From positions 128,001 to 192,000 of the forward strand of contig QCUR01000002.1 in NCBI GenBank assembly GCA_003208875.1: DNA of 64,000 nt, read 5' to 3'. Positions 11,568-23,751 of this stretch are shown piece after piece (position 1 is the first letter of the stretch; every line of letters begins with the position of its first letter). The notes beneath the pieces were generated by a model, which did no database searches, was not told the origin of the DNA, and was given only the letters and a program-made list of their open reading frames with translations. This DNA is from Prochlorococcus sp. AG-679-M23 (GTDB taxonomy: Bacteria > Cyanobacteriota > Cyanobacteriia > PCC-6307 > Cyanobiaceae). The position numbers and the translations under genes are program-made.

Positions 11568-12935
11568 ATGTATTCTTTACTTGCTGAATTAAGTGCACAT
11601 GATTTAGAAGTTGCTGAGACACTCATCGGAGTAATTAGATTTCTATTGATTTTTTTAGCTGCCAGAGCATTAGCGGAAGTATTAGTCAGACTAAGTTTAC
11701 CTACTATTGTCGGCGAGCTTTTAGCTGGGGTTGTTATAGGAGCATCTGGTTTCCATTTATTAATACCACCCTCTGCTCATACTGAATTAAATCAAGGATT
11801 GGTGAACGTAATAAGTTCGTTGGCATCAATACCCCCAGAAGTTGTTCCTGACGTCTATTTTGAGAGTTTCCCTTCTCTTCAAGCTGTTGCAACACTTGGA
11901 TTATATGCGCTTCTTTTCTTAACAGGATTAGAAAGTGAATTAGAGGAATTAGTTGCAGTTGGTGCGCAAGCTTTTACAGTTGCTATGGCAGGGGTAATTC
12001 TGCCTTTTGCTTTTGGTACTTTTGGATTAATGTTTATTTTCCAGGTGGATCTTATTCCAGCAGTATTTGCAGGAGCATCAATGACCGCTACAAGTATAGG
12101 TATTACAGCAAGTGTTTTTGGTGAATTAGGATATTTGAAAACTAGGGAAGGTCAAATTGTTATTGGAGCAGCAGTTTTAGATGATATTTTAGGCATTGTT
12201 ATTCTTGCGGTAGTTGTAGCTCTTGCTGCTGGAGGCTCTTTAGAAATTGCTCCAATAGTTAAATTAGTTGCAGCAGCTGTTGTATTTGTAATTGCTGCTA
12301 TTGCATTAAGTCGTACTGCAGCTCCTGGTTTTGATTGGCTTCTTGATAGGTTGAAAGCACCTGGAGCTGTAGTTGTAGCCTCTTTTGTAATACTTGTTTT
12401 ATGTTGTTTTGTAGCTACGGCGATAGGTCTTGAAGCGGCTTTAGGGGCTTTTGCAGCTGGTTTGATTCTTAGTAGTTCTAAAAATAATCATGCTATCCAG
12501 CAATCAGTTTTGCCATTGGTCTCATTATTCGCGACCATCTTTTTCGTCCTTGTAGGTGCTGGTATGGATTTATCAGTTATTAATCCACTTGATCCAGCAA
12601 GTAGATCTGCTCTTGTAGTCGCAGGGTTCTTATTGGTTGTAGCTATTATTGGAAAAATTGCTGCTGGTTGGGTTTTCTCAAGTGATAAGCCGACAAATAG
12701 ATTAGTTGTAGGTTTAGGAATGATGCCTAGAGGAGAAGTGGGATTAATTTTTCTTGGATTAGGAACAAGCGCTAAACTTTTAACACCATCCCTTGAGGCT
12801 GCAATTTTATTAATGGTCATTGGAACGACATTCTTAGCTCCTGTTCTTTTAAGAATTGTTTTGAAAGATAAGCCTCCAGGTGGTGATAATAAAATTTCAG
12901 ATGATGTTGCGGCTGATCCAGTAGGTCTTCTTTAA
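11568..12935 (+). CDS. Cation/H+ antiporter, CPA2 family (NhaS3-like)
   Basis: Multi-TM protein with VGELLAGVVIG, ATSIGIT, GAAVLDDILG, GMMPRGEVGL. Confidence 0.9.
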   Translation: MYSLLAELSAHDLEVAETLIGVIRFLLIFLAARALAEVLVRLSLPTIVGELLAGVVIGASGFHLLIPPSAHTELNQGLVNVISSLASIPPEVVPDVYFESFPSLQAVATLGLYALLFLTGLESELEELVAVGAQAFTVAMAGVILPFAFGTFGLMFIFQVDLIPAVFAGASMTATSIGITASVFGELGYLKTREGQIVIGAAVLDDILGIVILAVVVALAAGGSLEIAPIVKLVAAAVVFVIAAIALSRTAAPGFDWLLDRLKAPGAVVVASFVILVLCCFVATAIGLEAALGAFAAGLILSSSKNNHAIQQSVLPLVSLFATIFFVLVGAGMDLSVINPLDPASRSALVVAGFLLVVAIIGKIAAGWVFSSDKPTNRLVVGLGMMPRGEVGLIFLGLGTSAKLLTPSLEAAILLMVIGTTFLAPVLLRIVLKDKPPGGDNKISDDVAADPVGLL

Positions 12936-12977
12936 CGAATAATTTTATTAGAATCAATAAATATAATTGTTTATTAA

Positions 12978-13883
12978 ATGGAAAAACCAGTGTTTATAAG
13001 TGATGAGGTAAATTATGCATGGAATTTTTTGAATTATCCAATACACACTATTACCGCAAAACCTAAAGAAGAAAGTTCAAAATCATGTGCAATTTTGTTG
13101 ATACATGGTTTTGGAGCTTCCACAGATCATTGGCGTTTTAATATCCCTGTTTTGAGTGATAAATATGAAGTTCATGCAATAGATCTTTTGGGGTTTGGAA
13201 AAAGTCCCAAGCCAATAGATGTTCAGTATTCAAGTCATCTTTGGAAAGATCAAGTTGCAACATATGTGAAAGAAGTAATAAAAAAACCAACATTTATTGT
13301 TGGTAATTCTTTAGGTGGCTATGCATCTCTAGCAGCAAGTGCAGAACTAAAAGAATTATCTGCTGGAGTAGTTTTACTTAATGCTGCTGGAATGTTTAGT
13401 GAAGAAAAAGTATCAAATAACAGCCTTTTACAAAAATCTTTAAAAACTTTCTTTGAAACATTTTTGCGAGGCAATATTTTTCTTCAAAGAACTATATTTG
13501 AAAGCATGAGAAGAAGAGTCAATATAAAAAAAGCATTAAATAATGTTTATAAAAACCAAACTAATGTTGATGATTATCTTATTGATTCAATTAGAAAACC
13601 TTCACTTGATCCAGGTGCCTTTAACGTTTTTAAAAGTGTTTTCAATCCTGCAGGTGTCCAAGGAGAACCATTTGATAAATTATTCAAAAAGTTGAAATCT
13701 CCGCTTTTACTCCTATGGGGAGGTAAAGATCCTTGGATGAACACAGCAAGCAAAAGACTTCTTTATAAAAAATATGCTCCTGAAAATACTAAAGAAGTTA
13801 TTCTTGATGCTGGTCATTGTCCTCATGATGAAGTCCCTGAATTAGTTAATCAACATATACTTGACTGGATCGATTCTTTGTAG
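12978..13883 (+). CDS. Alpha/beta fold hydrolase
   Basis: LIHGFGAS, GNSLGG nucleophile elbow, AGHCPHDE. Confidence 0.92.
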   Translation: MEKPVFISDEVNYAWNFLNYPIHTITAKPKEESSKSCAILLIHGFGASTDHWRFNIPVLSDKYEVHAIDLLGFGKSPKPIDVQYSSHLWKDQVATYVKEVIKKPTFIVGNSLGGYASLAASAELKELSAGVVLLNAAGMFSEEKVSNNSLLQKSLKTFFETFLRGNIFLQRTIFESMRRRVNIKKALNNVYKNQTNVDDYLIDSIRKPSLDPGAFNVFKSVFNPAGVQGEPFDKLFKKLKSPLLLLWGGKDPWMNTASKRLLYKKYAPENTKEVILDAGHCPHDEVPELVNQHILDWIDSL

Positions 13884-13893
13884 AGAGATTTTT

Positions 13894-14748
13894 GTGAAAG
13901 TTAATTCCGTTGATAATAAAAAAGGTATTTATGTTTTTCAATTAGACGAAAAAAATTATATTAAATTTTGTCCTAAGAGGGGTGGGCTTATAACTAACTG
14001 GGTTTCAGAAGGGAGAGAAATATTATATTTTGATGAAAAAAGATTTATTGATAAAACAAAAAGTATCAGAGGAGGAATCCCAATTCTGTTTCCGATTTGT
14101 GGAAATCTTGATATTCCCAATTCTTTATTTGGAAAAAATTATATGCCATTTATGCAACATGGTTTTGCAAGGGATTTACAATGGCAACACTGCCTAAATG
14201 AACAAAAAAATTCTCTTTGTTTGATTTTACAAGATACTGAAAAAACAAAAACTTTTTATCCATTTAATTTTGAGCTCAAAATTGAGGTTACTTTAAAAAT
14301 TAATTGCTTAAAATTTATTATTAACATTCAGAACAAAACTAATATTGAGATGCCAGTAAATTTTGGATTGCATCCTTATTTTAATATTTCAGATTTTAAA
14401 AACTTGAATTTTATAGATAACCCACTAAATTGTCAGGATCAAAAAAATAATTTCTTGAGAAATACTTTTGACGAGTTAAAAAACATTAATAATGGAATTG
14501 ATTTACTTATGTATACCTCAGGAAGAAGTTCTTTCCGAGATAATTTTTTTAAAAGACAAGTTATTTTAATGCATCCTTCGCCTTTTGATTTGGGTGTGAT
14601 TTGGAGTGATCCTCCCAGGAAAATGGTATGTCTTGAGCCATGGACTAGTCCACGCAATTCTTTAGTTAATGGATTAAGGAAAATTTCGATTCCTCCAAAT
14701 TCCTCCCAAATATTAGATGCCTCAATACTAATAAATACTTTGAAGTAA
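13894..14748 (+). CDS. Aldose 1-epimerase / galactose mutarotase-like protein
   Basis: RGGIPILFP, HGFAR, GLHPYF, VCLEPWT; GTG 13894 avoids overlap with the upstream gene. Confidence 0.88.
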   Translation: MKVNSVDNKKGIYVFQLDEKNYIKFCPKRGGLITNWVSEGREILYFDEKRFIDKTKSIRGGIPILFPICGNLDIPNSLFGKNYMPFMQHGFARDLQWQHCLNEQKNSLCLILQDTEKTKTFYPFNFELKIEVTLKINCLKFIINIQNKTNIEMPVNFGLHPYFNISDFKNLNFIDNPLNCQDQKNNFLRNTFDELKNINNGIDLLMYTSGRSSFRDNFFKRQVILMHPSPFDLGVIWSDPPRKMVCLEPWTSPRNSLVNGLRKISIPPNSSQILDASILINTLK

Positions 14749-14760
14749 CTACTGATAATT

Positions 14761-16119
14761 ATGAAAGTTATAGTGATCGATGATGATCCAACAGGTTCTC
14801 AAACAGTAAATAATTGTTTATTGCTTCTGAAATGGGATTATTCTACTTTAATCAAAGGATTTCAAAGCAAATCTAATTTATTTTTCATTTTGGCTAATAC
14901 TAGGTCTTTATCAGAAAATGACGCAAAATTAAGATTAGTAGAAATTTGTAATGCCCTTAAAAAAGTTATCTCAAAGGAATCATATAAAGAGGAAATTATA
15001 TTTGTAAGTAGAGGTGATTCCACCCTTCGTGGTCATAATTTTTTAGAGCCTAAAATTATGAACGATTGTCTAGGACCTTTTGATGCTACCTTCCATATTC
15101 CAGCATTTATTGAAGGTAAAAGAATTACAATTGATGGAGACCATTTTGTTGATAATGTTCCTGTAAGTCAAACGATTTTTGCCAAAGATAAAATTTTTGG
15201 ATACAAAACAAGTAATGTCAAACAATTATTATTTCAAAAATGTAAATCTCAAATTAAATTTAATGATATTCAAAATTTAAAAATATCCGAATTAAAAATT
15301 CTTGAAAGTAAAGAAAAAAATATTGTTTTTAATAAGATCAAGAATTTAAAAGAAAATTCTCATGTAATTGTTGATATTGAGAATTATGCACAACTTGAAA
15401 AGTTTTCATTATCAATAAAAAAACTAAGTAATCAAAAGAAATTTCTCTTCAGGACCGCTGCAAGTTTTATAAGTTCAATTTCTGCTGTAAAAGATAATCC
15501 TAACGAACCATTTTTTTACTCCCTTATTAGAAAAAAAAATCGTGAAAAAAAATTTCTTCCAGGATTGTTAGTAATTGGATCTTATGTAGAACTTACAACA
15601 ATTCAACTAAAGGAATTATTAGAAATAAGTGATTGTATACCAATAGAATTGGATGTTTTTGAATTTCTCAGAATTTCTAAATTAAAAAGTAATCAGGATA
15701 AATTGGTTTCGTTTAAAAACAAATTATTAAAGCAATTAAGATATATATTAAAGCAAGAAAATATTCCCGTTTTATTTACCTCAAGAAAAGAAGTTTCTCT
15801 AGCTAAGAACGATGAGCAAGTAAATTTTTATAATTCTCTTGCTTATTTTATTTCTGAATTAGTTTCAGATTTGAAAAATGAAATAGGGTATTTAGTATCA
15901 AAAGGGGGAATTACGTCAAATGTAATTCTCAGTAATGGATTTAAAGCAAATTATGTTTATTTGCAAGGACAAATAATTACTGGGGTTTCTTTAGTTACTT
16001 TTAAACTTGAAAATGATGAGAATCTTCCAATCGTGACATTTCCTGGAAATATTGGTAACCAAGATTCATTGGTAAAAGTATGGAGAATTTTAGAAAATAA
16101 AAACAATTCTTCCAATTAA
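14761..16119 (+). CDS. Four-carbon acid-sugar kinase family protein (DUF1537/YgbK-like)
   Basis: VIDDDPTGSQ, RGDSTLRGH, KGGITS, FPGNIG. Confidence 0.88.
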   Translation: MKVIVIDDDPTGSQTVNNCLLLLKWDYSTLIKGFQSKSNLFFILANTRSLSENDAKLRLVEICNALKKVISKESYKEEIIFVSRGDSTLRGHNFLEPKIMNDCLGPFDATFHIPAFIEGKRITIDGDHFVDNVPVSQTIFAKDKIFGYKTSNVKQLLFQKCKSQIKFNDIQNLKISELKILESKEKNIVFNKIKNLKENSHVIVDIENYAQLEKFSLSIKKLSNQKKFLFRTAASFISSISAVKDNPNEPFFYSLIRKKNREKKFLPGLLVIGSYVELTTIQLKELLEISDCIPIELDVFEFLRISKLKSNQDKLVSFKNKLLKQLRYILKQENIPVLFTSRKEVSLAKNDEQVNFYNSLAYFISELVSDLKNEIGYLVSKGGITSNVILSNGFKANYVYLQGQIITGVSLVTFKLENDENLPIVTFPGNIGNQDSLVKVWRILENKNNSSN

Positions 16120-17540
16120 AAATTTGAGATAATTGCTTCAGCAAAACCACTACATGATAGTGGTGTTACGTTTGGTTCCATTAAGCGTGCTAGATCGTAG
16201 GTTACTTTTTTTTCTTCAATAGCTTTACTAATTCCAGAAGTCACCAGCTTCGCTGCTTCATTCCAACCAAAATATTCAAGCATCATTACTCCACTAAGAA
16301 TTACCGAACCCGGATTAATTTTGTTTAATCCTGCATGTTTTGGAGCTGTTCCATGCGTTGCTTCAAAAATTGCGGAATTATCTCCAATATTAGCTCCGGG
16401 AGCCATACCTAGGCCTCCCACAATTGCAGCAGCAGCATCAGATACATAATCTCCGTTTAAGTTCAAGGTCGCAAGAATAGAATATTCTTGAGGCCTTGTT
16501 TGAATTTGTTGGAAAATACTGTCTGCAATTCGATCATCAACCATAATGAGTTCTTTCCATTTATTATTTCCATGAGAATTTGATATTGAGGCTATTACTT
16601 CTTTTATTTCTTCGCAAATAAATGCTTTTTTATTACTTGTTAGCTTGTCATAGCCTGGTTCTATCTTTCTGGCATTATTTTCGATTGTAATTTCTGGATT
16701 TTTGTGAATATTGTCTAAAATCCAGCTTTCTCTTTCCGTAATGCAGTCTGCTCTGAATTCATTTACTGCCAATTCATATCCCCAATCTCTAAAGGCACCT
16801 TCTGTATATTTCATGATATTGCCTTTATGAACAAGAGTTACATGCTTTTTATTCCCTGATAACCTTTTTGCATGTTCTATGGCCTTTCTTATATGCCTTT
16901 GACTTCCTAACTTGCTTACGGGTTTTATCCCAATACCCGAACCGTCCGGTATTGATCTATTTTTTAAATTTTTACTATTTGGAATGACAACATTATTTAG
17001 ATGATTAATTAAATCAATACATGTATGATCATCGGCTTCCCATTCAATACCCATATAAATATCTTCTGTATTTTCTCTATAAACAATAACGTCTAAGTTT
17101 TGTGGATTTTTATGAGGACTAGGAGTCCCTGAATAGTATTTACAAGGTCTAACACAGCTATATAAGTCAAAAATTTGTCTTAAAGCGACATTTAAAGATC
17201 TAATTCCCCCTCCGATAGGAGTTGTTAATGGGCCTTTAATAGCAACTCCAAAGTGTCTTATTGCTTCAATAGTATCCTGTGGTAAATAGTTGTAAGTTCC
17301 GTATATTTCACAAGCTTCGTCGCCAGCATAGACTTTGAACCAATTTATTTTTCTTTCATCTCCATAACTTTTTTTTATTGCTTCATCAAGAACAAGTTGA
17401 GTAGCTGGCCAAATATCTACCCCAATACCGTCACCTCTTATATAAGGGACAATAGGATTATTAGGAACATTAGGCTTACCTTGCTTAAAAGTAATTAACT
17501 CTCCTTCTGTGGGTAAATTTAATTTTTCAAATTTAGGCAT
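16116..17540 (-). CDS. icd: NADP-dependent isocitrate dehydrogenase
   Basis: GDGIGVD, KGPLTTP, VHKGNIMK, NLNGDYVSD, FEATHGTAPK. Confidence 0.98.
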   Translation of the reverse strand: MPKFEKLNLPTEGELITFKQGKPNVPNNPIVPYIRGDGIGVDIWPATQLVLDEAIKKSYGDERKINWFKVYAGDEACEIYGTYNYLPQDTIEAIRHFGVAIKGPLTTPIGGGIRSLNVALRQIFDLYSCVRPCKYYSGTPSPHKNPQNLDVIVYRENTEDIYMGIEWEADDHTCIDLINHLNNVVIPNSKNLKNRSIPDGSGIGIKPVSKLGSQRHIRKAIEHAKRLSGNKKHVTLVHKGNIMKYTEGAFRDWGYELAVNEFRADCITERESWILDNIHKNPEITIENNARKIEPGYDKLTSNKKAFICEEIKEVIASISNSHGNNKWKELIMVDDRIADSIFQQIQTRPQEYSILATLNLNGDYVSDAAAAIVGGLGMAPGANIGDNSAIFEATHGTAPKHAGLNKINPGSVILSGVMMLEYFGWNEAAKLVTSGISKAIEEKKVTYDLARLMEPNVTPLSCSGFAEAIISNF

Positions 17541-17725
17541 AGCACTTGATTGAATAGTAAAAAAGTCAATTAATAAAATATTTTTGTATCTTAAATTGAA
17601 ATTAAGGATATTCTTTAAAAACTAGAAATTAATTATTCAAATGTGAATAGATAATAGTTTGTTAATCAGCATTTCAACATCTTTGTTAAAAGAAAAAGAA
17701 TTTCATAAGCAAGGTTGAAGAAATT

Positions 17726-18190
17726 ATGTCAACTTCAATCAAAGGTTCATTACCGCTTATGAATGCAAGTTCAAATGTTAGCAATCTTGAAATAGCTAAT
17801 AAGGTAGCTACTACTGCTGCATTATTTCGTAAATATTTCCCAGATGCGAGTGTTAATTTTAGTCCTTGGGATAAAGCAAATGATAGAGATTGGTTTGATA
17901 GCCTTGATTTTTCTTTCCATTTTCCAGGTTGGAGTCCAAGTATAGAATGTAGAGCAGTTTTACTTCAGTTGAGAATTGAAAATAATTGTGAAAATGGAGT
18001 ACCTAAGTTGTTAGGAATAATAATGCGCGGAATGATAATTCCTGCTGAAAGATGGAGAGTAGCTACTATTGGGGAGTGGGAGATGACGGGGACACATTTA
18101 CCTCAGCAGGAACAAAAGGATAATCTTTTTTTAGTTTGTAAAGAACTTTACAATTTATTCTCTACAACATCTACTAGTAACAAAAATTAG
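17726..18190 (+). CDS. Hypothetical protein upstream of ho1
   Basis: 154-aa ORF (FSFHFPGWSP...); start could be ATG 17759. Confidence 0.75.
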   Translation: MSTSIKGSLPLMNASSNVSNLEIANKVATTAALFRKYFPDASVNFSPWDKANDRDWFDSLDFSFHFPGWSPSIECRAVLLQLRIENNCENGVPKLLGIIMRGMIIPAERWRVATIGEWEMTGTHLPQQEQKDNLFLVCKELYNLFSTTSTSNKN

Positions 18191-18247
18191 CTGTTTTATA
18201 TATTTTCCTTGTAGATTAAATATATGTACAATCCCGAAAATAGATAA

Positions 18248-19674
<1,427 letters not shown>

Positions 19675-20448
19675 ATGCAAATTCAAAATACCATTTTTTA
19701 TAGCCAAGAATGGCGATGGGCTAAATTTATAAAACTTTTAATTTCTCAGTTAGACAAATATCATTGCGTCGAACATAAAATAGCTTCTGATTTTTCTTAC
19801 AAAGAGTCAAGCTATGGTTCAAAAAAATCAAAAAAGAATATTAATCTTTTCACATGGGGAGCAACTCATCAAAAAAGGATTAACTTCGCAAGAGCCGTAT
19901 GTATCAATAGTCCAAATTATTCTGTTTTGAATTTTTTAATTATCCCAAAAACTTCCTATAACATTCCATTTCTAGGCGTAGATTTTGTTTCTTTACCTAC
20001 AAGTCATTTATTAGTTTTAGATTTTCAGCCATCTTTAAAAGTCGAAAATCAGTTTAATTCTGAATTACTAGAACAAATAATAAAACTTAAAAAAGCATGT
20101 CATTCATCTCTACCTGTAGCTGAAAAAATGTCTGAAGATGTAGCAACATTTTTTTCCCCAGGATTGATTTGGTCTAGATTACCAAAACAACAAGATAGTG
20201 ATAATTTGATAGAAAATCAGCTTTATGATTCATTCAAAGAATATTTGAATTTGTATCTAAAAACTCTTTTTAAAAGTGAGGAAGTTGGCCAAGGCTTACA
20301 ACAAGAGTTAATTAATGGTCAAAATGATTATTTGAAATTTAGAAGGGATAATGACCCAGCAAGGCCAATGTTATCAAGTTTATTTGGTAAAGATTTTACA
20401 GAATCCTTAATTAATAAAGTATTATTTTCTAATAATAAAGTTTTATAA
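19675..20448 (+). CDS. pebB: Phycoerythrobilin:ferredoxin oxidoreductase
   Basis: FDBR motifs ([34 protein letters not shown]); abuts pebA. Confidence 0.92.
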   Translation: MQIQNTIFYSQEWRWAKFIKLLISQLDKYHCVEHKIASDFSYKESSYGSKKSKKNINLFTWGATHQKRINFARAVCINSPNYSVLNFLIIPKTSYNIPFLGVDFVSLPTSHLLVLDFQPSLKVENQFNSELLEQIIKLKKACHSSLPVAEKMSEDVATFFSPGLIWSRLPKQQDSDNLIENQLYDSFKEYLNLYLKTLFKSEEVGQGLQQELINGQNDYLKFRRDNDPARPMLSSLFGKDFTESLINKVLFSNNKVL

Positions 20449-20468
20449 TTTTGGATATTTTAGATTAG

Positions 20469-20942
20469 ATGAAAAAACAATCAGTTCTTTTTGTATGTTT
20501 AGGTAATATTTGTAGGTCTCCTGCTGCCGAAGCTATATTCCTAGATTTAATTAATAAAAAAGGATTAAATGATAGTTTTATTGTTGATTCTGCAGGGACT
20601 GGAAGTTGGCATATAGGGAAGAAGGCTGATACTAGAATGAGAATAGCGTCACGAAAAAGGGGCGTAGAAATCTTTAGTAGAGCTAGACAAATAAATCCTA
20701 ATGATTTTGAAAAATTTAACTATATAGTTGCTATGGATGATTCAAATTATGAAAATATTATTGATATGAAATCTCGAAAATCATTATCTAATTTTGCATC
20801 AATAAAAAAGATACAAAATTTCAGATCAATTTTTCAAGCAATAGAAGTCCCTGATCCTTACTTTGGAGGAGATGAGGGATTTGATAATGTACTTGATATT
20901 TTAGAAGACTCTGTCAGTGGTTTTCTAGATACTATTTATTAA
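20469..20942 (+). CDS. Low molecular weight protein-tyrosine phosphatase
   Basis: VCLGNICRSP P-loop, DSAGT, VPDPYFGG. Confidence 0.95.
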   Translation: MKKQSVLFVCLGNICRSPAAEAIFLDLINKKGLNDSFIVDSAGTGSWHIGKKADTRMRIASRKRGVEIFSRARQINPNDFEKFNYIVAMDDSNYENIIDMKSRKSLSNFASIKKIQNFRSIFQAIEVPDPYFGGDEGFDNVLDILEDSVSGFLDTIY

Positions 20943-20943
20943 T

Positions 20944-22476
20944 TTATTCGATTTGAATCTCTTTAGGAATATTTAAATTATAGATGTTAACAATTTTTTC
21001 TACTACTTCATTTATTGAATATCCGTCAGTAAGAAGTTCAATTGCATCGTTAGCTTTTTTGAGAGGAGAAATTTTTCTTGTTGAATCCTCAAAATCTCTT
21101 TTTCTTATAAGTTCTCTTAATTGATTGAAGTCTATTTCTTCAGTCCCTCTTAAATCTAACTCTGACTTTCTTCTTTTAGCTCTTTCGTCAATACTAGCTG
21201 TAAGGAATATTTTAAGTTCTGCATTTGGAAAAACTGTTGTTCCTATGTCTCTCCCTTCAGCTACCAAGCCTCCAGATTGGCCAATTTTTCTTTGCTCATA
21301 AACCAAAAATTCTCTCACTTTTTTTATTGATGAAATTTTAGAAACAATAGAACTTATTTCTTGTGAACGAATTTCTTCAGTTACACAAAAATTATTTATA
21401 AATACATCTTGCTGAGAAATAGAATTTGACTTAAAAATAATAGAAATGTTATTAAGAATCTTTTTTAATTCTGACTCTTTAGCATAATCAATCTTTTCTT
21501 TTTTAAAGAGCCAACTTATTGCTCTATACATTGCTCCAGTATCTAGATATAAAAGATTTAACTCCTTGGCAATTAACTTTGTTATGGTACTTTTCCCTGA
21601 ACCAGCTGGCCCATCAATTGCTATAATTGGCTTTCTTTTCATAAGAAAAACGTGATCAATTAATCTTGTTTTTCCACATTTTATCGCACCTGCTAAAATT
21701 GAAATATTATCGTTTGCTTGAACTTTTTTCAAGCTGTAGGGATGTAAATGTTCTAAATATTCAATTGAAATATTTTTTGATTTGAGTTTGTTTATTAGTT
21801 GTTTTAAGTCAATCTTTTTATCCTTTTTAAAAATTATTTTTGCATTTTCTAGTTCATTTGAGAATAATTTAAGAGTTTTCCTTTCATTTTTAGATAAATG
21901 CTTATTGCGCGAACTAAATGGGACCCCATCAGAGTCTCTTTGAGTAGGAACAGGGATAATTTTGATGTTGAATTTTTTTTCTTCTATAAGGTGTTTTATT
22001 ATTAATAGTTGTTGCCAGTCTTTTTCTCCTAAAAAAAGATTTTTGGGTTGTATGAGTTTCAGTAATCTATAAACAACAGTGCAAACCCCATCAAAATGTC
22101 CCACCCTTGAAAGCCCACATAGAGCTGAAGATAATTCTTTAGAGGCTTTCAAATAACTTATCCTTTTATTCTTTTTGGGATAGATATCAGTTACATTTGG
22201 AATAAAAATTGCATCTGCCCCATTGGAAAAAGCAATTTCAATATCTTTATCAACAGTTTTGGGGTAGCTTTTAAGGTCTTCTTTGCTATCAAATTGAAGT
22301 GGATTAATAAAAATACTTAATAAGTTTGTATTGCAATTTGAACTTTTTGCAGTTGATATTAATTTTTGATGACCATAATGAAGATTACCCATAGTTGGGA
22401 TAAAGTTAATATCACTTTTGAGATTTCGTCTCCATTCTTTAAGCTCTTCTGTTTTTCTTATTATTATTTTGTTCAC
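20944..22476 (-). CDS. panC/cmk: Bifunctional pantoate-beta-alanine ligase / cytidylate kinase
   Basis: PTMGNLHxGH, FLGEKDWQQ, SSRN, RLIDH fused to IAIDGPAGSGKST, LDTGAMYRA, EGRDIGT. Confidence 0.95.
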   Translation of the reverse strand: MNKIIIRKTEELKEWRRNLKSDINFIPTMGNLHYGHQKLISTAKSSNCNTNLLSIFINPLQFDSKEDLKSYPKTVDKDIEIAFSNGADAIFIPNVTDIYPKKNKRISYLKASKELSSALCGLSRVGHFDGVCTVVYRLLKLIQPKNLFLGEKDWQQLLIIKHLIEEKKFNIKIIPVPTQRDSDGVPFSSRNKHLSKNERKTLKLFSNELENAKIIFKKDKKIDLKQLINKLKSKNISIEYLEHLHPYSLKKVQANDNISILAGAIKCGKTRLIDHVFLMKRKPIIAIDGPAGSGKSTITKLIAKELNLLYLDTGAMYRAISWLFKKEKIDYAKESELKKILNNISIIFKSNSISQQDVFINNFCVTEEIRSQEISSIVSKISSIKKVREFLVYEQRKIGQSGGLVAEGRDIGTTVFPNAELKIFLTASIDERAKRRKSELDLRGTEEIDFNQLRELIRKRDFEDSTRKISPLKKANDAIELLTDGYSINEVVEKIVNIYNLNIPKEIQIE

Positions 22477-22573
22477 TTTGTTTTAAAAAATAAATCTATT
22501 TAATAAATAATTACTGGACAAAAGCAATCTACGGAGGAATATCTATATAAGAGGATTCTATCATTTTTATTTT

Positions 22574-23617
22574 ATGGATTACAAAACATCAGGAGTTGAC
22601 ATAAAAGCTGGAAGAGAATTTGTCTCAGAGATAAAGCAATCTGTCGAATCAACATATACATCTAATGTTTTGGAGGGGATTGGAGGATTTGGCGGTTTAT
22701 TTAAAATCCCTCTTGAGGGTTTAAAAAAACCCGTCTTAGTATCAGGAACTGATGGTGTTGGCACGAAATTGGAATTAGCTCAAATCAAAAACTTTCACTT
22801 TGAAGTTGGGATTGATTTAGTAGCAATGTGTATGAATGACATTATTACAACTGGGGCAAAGCCGCTTTTTTTTCTTGATTATATTGCTACAGGGAAGCTT
22901 GAGAAAAATCAATTATTAGAAGTTATTAAAGGTATTGCGCATAGTTGTCGAGAAAATAACTGCTCTATACTTGGAGGAGAAACTGCGGAGATGCCAGGAT
23001 TTTACTCAAAGAATAAGTATGATTTAGCAGGGTTTTGCGTTGGAATAGTTGAAGAAGAAAAATTAATTAATGGCAAAAAAATATGTGAAAATGATTTGAT
23101 AATTGCATTACAAAGTAACGGAATTCATAGTAATGGATTTAGTTTAGTTAGAAAAATAATTGAAAATAATAATCAAATTGATCAGCAATTTAAAAAAAAA
23201 TATAACTTAGATTTTTATGATGAATTATTAAAACCTACAAAAATTTATTTTAAAATTGTAAATCAAATTTTATCTCAGAATATTCAAATAAAGGGAATGT
23301 CGCATATCACTGGAGGAGGAATTCCTGAAAATTTACCAAGGTGTATGTCCTCTGATTTTATTCCTTACATAGATAAGAAATCATGGAAGATTCCTGTTTT
23401 ATTTGAATTTTTAAAGGATGTAGGTCAGATTCCTGAAAAAGATTTCTGGAACACTTTTAATCTTGGGGTTGGATTTTGTTTAATAATTGATAAGAAATAT
23501 AAGGATAAGATCTTAAATATTTGTAATGCTTTTGATATATCAAGTTGGGTCCTAGGGAAGGTTCTCAAGAAAGATAATTCAAAAGAGAATAATTTTTGGC
23601 CTGAAATAATAATTTAA
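22574..23617 (+). CDS. purM: Phosphoribosylaminoimidazole synthetase
   Basis: YKTSGVD, GTDGVGTK, GGETAEMP, HSNGFSL, HITGGG. Confidence 0.97.
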   Translation: MDYKTSGVDIKAGREFVSEIKQSVESTYTSNVLEGIGGFGGLFKIPLEGLKKPVLVSGTDGVGTKLELAQIKNFHFEVGIDLVAMCMNDIITTGAKPLFFLDYIATGKLEKNQLLEVIKGIAHSCRENNCSILGGETAEMPGFYSKNKYDLAGFCVGIVEEEKLINGKKICENDLIIALQSNGIHSNGFSLVRKIIENNNQIDQQFKKKYNLDFYDELLKPTKIYFKIVNQILSQNIQIKGMSHITGGGIPENLPRCMSSDFIPYIDKKSWKIPVLFEFLKDVGQIPEKDFWNTFNLGVGFCLIIDKKYKDKILNICNAFDISSWVLGKVLKKDNSKENNFWPEIII

Positions 23618-23751
23618 ATCTTTTGAATAAAATTTTTTTGAGAAATTACAAATTAAATTTATCTACACAAATGAAAAAGTTAGGTGTAATATAATAAAAC
23701 TACCGCCGAATTATATCGGAGATTTAAGTAAGTAGATTTAACTCTAATTCA

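Noticed and set aside
17541..17725. NtcA site upstream of icd
   Set aside because: No GTA-N8-TAC match found by eye
20944..22476. panC-cmk fusion as a novelty
   Set aside because: It is a well-known cyanobacterial fusion
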